Of a DNA stretch of 64,000 nt, positions 60,638 to 64,000 are shown one piece after another. A model generated the notes under the pieces. It had not been told where the DNA came from. It saw nothing but the letters and a program-made list of their open reading frames with translations, and searched no databases. The translations under genes were made by a program, and so were the position numbers. The stretch comes from Sulfolobales archaeon HS-7 (GTDB taxonomy: Archaea > Thermoproteota > Thermoprotei_A > Sulfolobales > Sulfolobaceae), in NCBI GenBank assembly GCA_019704295.1, contig AP024596.1, positions 1,632,001-1,696,000 of the forward strand. The letters are read 5' to 3'. Numbering within the stretch: position 1 is the stretch's first letter; every line of letters starts with the position of its first letter.

Positions 60638-61903
60638 TTACCATCCAGTCCTAAGGTAGTTCTTAAGTTCCCAATCAGTAACATAGGAGGAAAAGTCCTT
60701 AAGTTCCCTTTCTTTTAGAGTTAAATATGTAGCTATCGTAGCATTACCGATAGCGTTAATTACTAAATCAGTCCTGAGCTCCTCCAGTGCACCGTCAAGA
60801 CTCTTGGGGTAAGAGTTAAGGGGTATACCCGGTGTAACCTTGTGATCCGGCTTCCCATTAAATCCAGCATGCAATATTGAGGCTAACGCTATGTACACAT
60901 TGAAGAGGGGATCGGCTGCTCTAAATACCAAGCTAAGCCCATGCCTATATTCGTAAGACGTTGACAGTATAAAGTTTTTACCCTTTCCTATTCCCGCTAT
61001 CATCTTGTTTTCGACGAGTCTCTTATAGGAATTTATCGTAGGCATTGAAAAGGCCATTATTGCAGGTAAATGATGTATAATTCCCCCAACGAAATCATAC
61101 GCTGCTTCCGACAATCCCACACCATTCGGATCAGACCTGTTCTCCAAGAGATTTTTTCCTTGCGAGAGTAATGAGAGAGAGACCTCTGCGTAATTACATG
61201 GATAATTATGAAACGGCTTCGGCATAAAGGTAACTGCCATACCGTGCATATTCGCAATTTCTGTAATTACCTCCTTAGCCTTTACTACGTAGTCCGCCCC
61301 TGTCATAATATCAACGGGAAGAAGTTTAACCTCGTATTGTCCAGGACCTAAGCTTTTCGTAACCCGCTGAACTGGTACCCCAAGAAGTTCAAGATTTTTC
61401 ATCATGTTCTTCAACACTTCCTGTTCTATCAATAAACCTTCTGGGGAGTACGCTTTTGCAAAATCTGCAGGAATAACCTTTCCCTTACTTTCCTTAAGTA
61501 AATAGAATGAAAGGGTAAACGATGCTACAATGTTGATTCCCTCATCATCGGCTTTATTGACTACCCTTTTAAGTATTCCTCGAGAACAATTCGGATGAGG
61601 CGTACCGTCTTCGGATGTAATGTACGATAAAACGCGTGAAGTTCTTTCTAGATAGGGAATTATAGTAAAGCTAGACGCATCGGGCAGTGCTACTATGTCC
61701 GAATCACTTTCCTTTATCGGCCTATCGGCGTAATCCCTCGTCAGCACATCGTCTGGAAAGACGAAACCCACGTCAAGGTTTTCCTCAAAATCTACCCTTC
61801 TTAGGGATTTGCCTCTTACGTTGCCTAAAAGATCTACTAATTCTAATCTCACGTAGTCAACTTTAGCCGTTTTTAATATCTCTAGCATTTCTTCCTTTGA
61901 CAT
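60638..61903 (-). CDS. Glutamine synthetase-like protein (active site degenerate)
   Basis: VDLLGNVRGK, LPD, GPGQYE, TFMPKPF, PTINSYKRL, D...N.Y.A and VTDWE motifs; most metal ligands absent. Confidence 0.85.
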   Translation of the reverse strand: MSKEEMLEILKTAKVDYVRLELVDLLGNVRGKSLRRVDFEENLDVGFVFPDDVLTRDYADRPIKESDSDIVALPDASSFTIIPYLERTSRVLSYITSEDGTPHPNCSRGILKRVVNKADDEGINIVASFTLSFYLLKESKGKVIPADFAKAYSPEGLLIEQEVLKNMMKNLELLGVPVQRVTKSLGPGQYEVKLLPVDIMTGADYVVKAKEVITEIANMHGMAVTFMPKPFHNYPCNYAEVSLSLLSQGKNLLENRSDPNGVGLSEAAYDFVGGIIHHLPAIMAFSMPTINSYKRLVENKMIAGIGKGKNFILSTSYEYRHGLSLVFRAADPLFNVYIALASILHAGFNGKPDHKVTPGIPLNSYPKSLDGALEELRTDLVINAIGNATIATYLTLKERELKDFSSYVTDWELKNYLRTGW

Positions 61904-61979
61904 AAATCCTACAAAATAAAATATAACATATATTATATAACTTTATCATTATGTGACGGTGCTATTCGATAATCAACCT

Positions 61980-62225
61980 TTACCTAAATCCGATCCCGTA
62001 TAATAAGGAACCTGCGTATTTTACTGCAAGCCCGTATTCCGTGAAGAGCCCAATCTTCGCATTGCTACCATTCTGCTTTAGGGTCACTATGTAGAGGTAA
62101 ACTCCTTTTCTTCGCCTTCTTGAAAACGTTACCACATATGTACCATACTGTATTTTCTTCTTCTGGGAAGCATAATATCCAATCTGCTCTATTAGTATTT
62201 TATTATATTCGGAAGGATCTATCAA
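61980..62225 (-). CDS. Small basic hypothetical protein
   Basis: 81 aa ORF at the end of the phosphatase-nfi gene run. Confidence 0.6.
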   Translation of the reverse strand: MIDPSEYNKILIEQIGYYASQKKKIQYGTYVVTFSRRRRKGVYLYIVTLKQNGSNAKIGLFTEYGLAVKYAGSLLYGIGFR

Positions 62226-62240
62226 TATTAGGATAATTAC

Positions 62241-62855
62241 TTATTTAGATATAAAAAGATCTCCCCTCCTCTTGAAATCCTTACTTAACCTATCAGCCTC
62301 CTTGAGGCATTCAGGATAACCTCTTCTTCCGAAATCCAAAACGGATTCGAAATCGACTAGGTTACCTATAGAGTAATAATATTTTCCAAACTTTACACCT
62401 ACTCTTTCTCCTTCAACTAAAATTACCTCCACACCGTTCTCCTTTACAACTTCCCCGTATAATTTCGACTTGGCTACTCCTATTACTGGTTTTTTCAAGA
62501 TAACTCCTAGAGTCGTCGCTAATCCCGCCTTACGAGGATGTGTAAGACCGTGACCATCTACAAGTATTACATCACAGTCCTTTTCCCTAAGTGACTCAAA
62601 AAGCAACGGCCCCTCTCTAAAGGAAAGGAGGCCAGTCCTATAGGGAAACTTCACCTCCCTCTTAGAACCGAACACTGTTCTCTTTCCCTCCTTTTCTACC
62701 ACCGTAACGACAAAGGCTTGATCACCATTATACGCTACGTCACAACAACAAATCGTAGACATTTCTGAGAGGTTTAAGTGCCTTTTCTCCACGCTTTTGC
62801 CTATTATTTTTTGAATTTCAATTAGGAAAGAAATGAATTCACTTCCTAAATACAT
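62241..62855 (-). CDS. nfi: Endonuclease V
   Basis: DVAY, FPYxxGLLSFREGP, LVDGHG..HPR.AGLA and IGVAKS motifs. Confidence 0.93.
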   Translation of the reverse strand: MYLGSEFISFLIEIQKIIGKSVEKRHLNLSEMSTICCCDVAYNGDQAFVVTVVEKEGKRTVFGSKREVKFPYRTGLLSFREGPLLFESLREKDCDVILVDGHGLTHPRKAGLATTLGVILKKPVIGVAKSKLYGEVVKENGVEVILVEGERVGVKFGKYYYSIGNLVDFESVLDFGRRGYPECLKEADRLSKDFKRRGDLFISK

Positions 62856-63309
62856 TGCGTACTATCCTCTCTAGATTAATGAGGAAGTACTCCTGTGTTA
62901 CTGTTTGTATTGCCCCAGGTCTGATTAGTCGTATTCTCTCTATTGCAGTTTGAGCGTTAATTCCCTTGAATATCAGGTAGGCCGCTAGAACGGTACCGGT
63001 TCTGCCCATCCCCCCTAGGCAGTGAATTAAAGTTCTCTTACCCTGTTCAAGATATTGAACGATCTCGAGGGACTGTTCTACAGAGGGAGCTCCTCCATCC
63101 GCGATCGGAAATCTCAAAAGTTCGATTCCCCTTTTATTAAGTTCCCTCCTATAATTGAATACGCTCCCCCAAACTTCCTCTAATTCCTCGTCGGTTACGA
63201 GAGACACCACTCTGTCTATCCTTTTCCTTTTAATGTAGTTTAGATCGTTAGGGTTAGCCGGAACATCAGATCCTGCTATTCTATCATTAAGCCAAAATAA
63301 GTTCATCAT
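62839..63309 (-). CDS. Dual-specificity/protein-tyrosine phosphatase
   Basis: PIADG general-acid loop, HCLGGMGRTG (HCx5R) and RPGAIQT..Q motifs. Confidence 0.93.
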   Translation of the reverse strand: MMNLFWLNDRIAGSDVPANPNDLNYIKRKRIDRVVSLVTDEELEEVWGSVFNYRRELNKRGIELLRFPIADGGAPSVEQSLEIVQYLEQGKRTLIHCLGGMGRTGTVLAAYLIFKGINAQTAIERIRLIRPGAIQTVTQEYFLINLERIVRNVFRK

Positions 63310-63348
63310 CGAACATCTCAGTAGATCCGCTGTTCTTCACCGACTCAG
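63284..63348 (-). ncRNA. Candidate box C/D sRNA overlapping the phosphatase start
   Basis: GTGAAGA (63340-34), 12 nt ACAGCGGATCTA, CTGA (63321-18), ATGATGA (63309-03); terminal D box degenerate; extra CTGA at 63348-45. Confidence 0.5.
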
Positions 63349-63377
63349 CAAAAACGTATACCCCTATTAGGTTAAAT

Positions 63378-63767
63378 TCATGCAGTTATACATTGCATTA
63401 TCTGTTCAGATATCTCCTTTACTTTTTCCTCTGCCATACTTCTTGCCATATTAGCCATAGGACCTGATATGTCGACTTCCGCACTCCACTTTACAGGTGT
63501 GGAAAATTCCAACGTCGTATTAACCTTTATCACTAACCCTGGAGCATTAATCAGTACTTTTGAGACACACCGCTCATCGGAACATGAGAACTCTTCCACA
63601 TTACCGTTTAGCTCTACTTTCAGGAAACCCATGTTGGCCTCGGCATAAAACTTGTCCCCATTAACGCTTTTGATTCCAGGAATGCATTGTATAAATGCGT
63701 TTTTGTTTGTAGCCTTCTGCTTTGTAGAATTCAAGTCCTTTACGTTTAGAACTCCAGAGTACTTCAT
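63378..63767 (-). CDS. CoxG/SRPBCC family protein
   Basis: CIPG motif, W.A.V...G..A and C-terminal helix ending CI; start overlaps the upstream stop. Confidence 0.8.
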   Translation of the reverse strand: MKYSGVLNVKDLNSTKQKATNKNAFIQCIPGIKSVNGDKFYAEANMGFLKVELNGNVEEFSCSDERCVSKVLINAPGLVIKVNTTLEFSTPVKWSAEVDISGPMANMARSMAEEKVKEISEQIMQCITA

Positions 63768-64000
63768 GATTCCTGCACCTTTTGGGCAATACAATTAAAA
63801 AGGTCTTCTATTATTGAACCGGCAGCGCTGTTCATAACTCTAGCTCCCAAAGAAGCTAAAGTTCCTCCAATCCTTAAGTCGGCCTTCCAACTCACGATTA
63901 CTGGGTTATTTCCAGACAGCTCTAAGACCGCGTTAAGATCAATCGTACCTCCCATTCCGTTCCCTCTGGCAACAAGTGAAAGCCTTTGCAATGGCGTTAC
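63764..64000 (-). CDS. CoxG/SRPBCC family protein (5' end outside window)
   Basis: VSWKADLRIGGTLASLGARVM...FNCI is the typical CoxG C-terminus. Confidence 0.85.
   Translation of the reverse strand, partial: VTPLQRLSLVARGNGMGGTIDLNAVLELSGNNPVIVSWKADLRIGGTLASLGARVMNSAAGSIIEDLFNCIAQKVQES

Noticed and set aside
1-64000. CRISPR arrays, tRNA and rRNA genes
   Set aside because: No regularly spaced repeats, cloverleaf/T-loop signatures or long GC-rich rRNA-like tracts seen

Overview
Archaeal chromosomal window, most likely Sulfolobales: thermopsin, S53 protease, Dpo4, TTTAA-targeting IS200/IS605 elements, TATA boxes about 25-30 bp before start codons, and box C/D sRNAs. Most of it is metabolic: acyl-CoA/thiolase/CoA-ligase genes, fixABCX, a complete E1a-E1b-E2-E3 2-oxoacid dehydrogenase operon, an orphan CoxL-like subunit, CitE, cobA, glmS and a GS-like protein. 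It also has surface proteins, an intact-looking 1720 bp tnpA-tnpB element that breaks a radical SAM gene, several IS remnants, and a small MNT-HEPN plus PD-(D/E)xK islet. The best candidate for an undescribed system is 40.3-46.4 kb. Two paralogous small secreted beta-rich proteins, which by eye resemble the CanA cannula/TasA donor-strand filament family, flank a membrane-anchored HTH regulator. Both have the same GTTCCAyCGTTCCAT direct repeat about 20 bp upstream of their TATA boxes, and they sit next to a MacB-type ABC/COG1361 operon. Features the ORF track missed: two box C/D sRNA candidates, a 46-aa YHS protein, an orphan TnpB omega-RNA, and catalytically degenerate GlmS and GS homologues. 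All family assignments come from motif reading and recall, not database searches.
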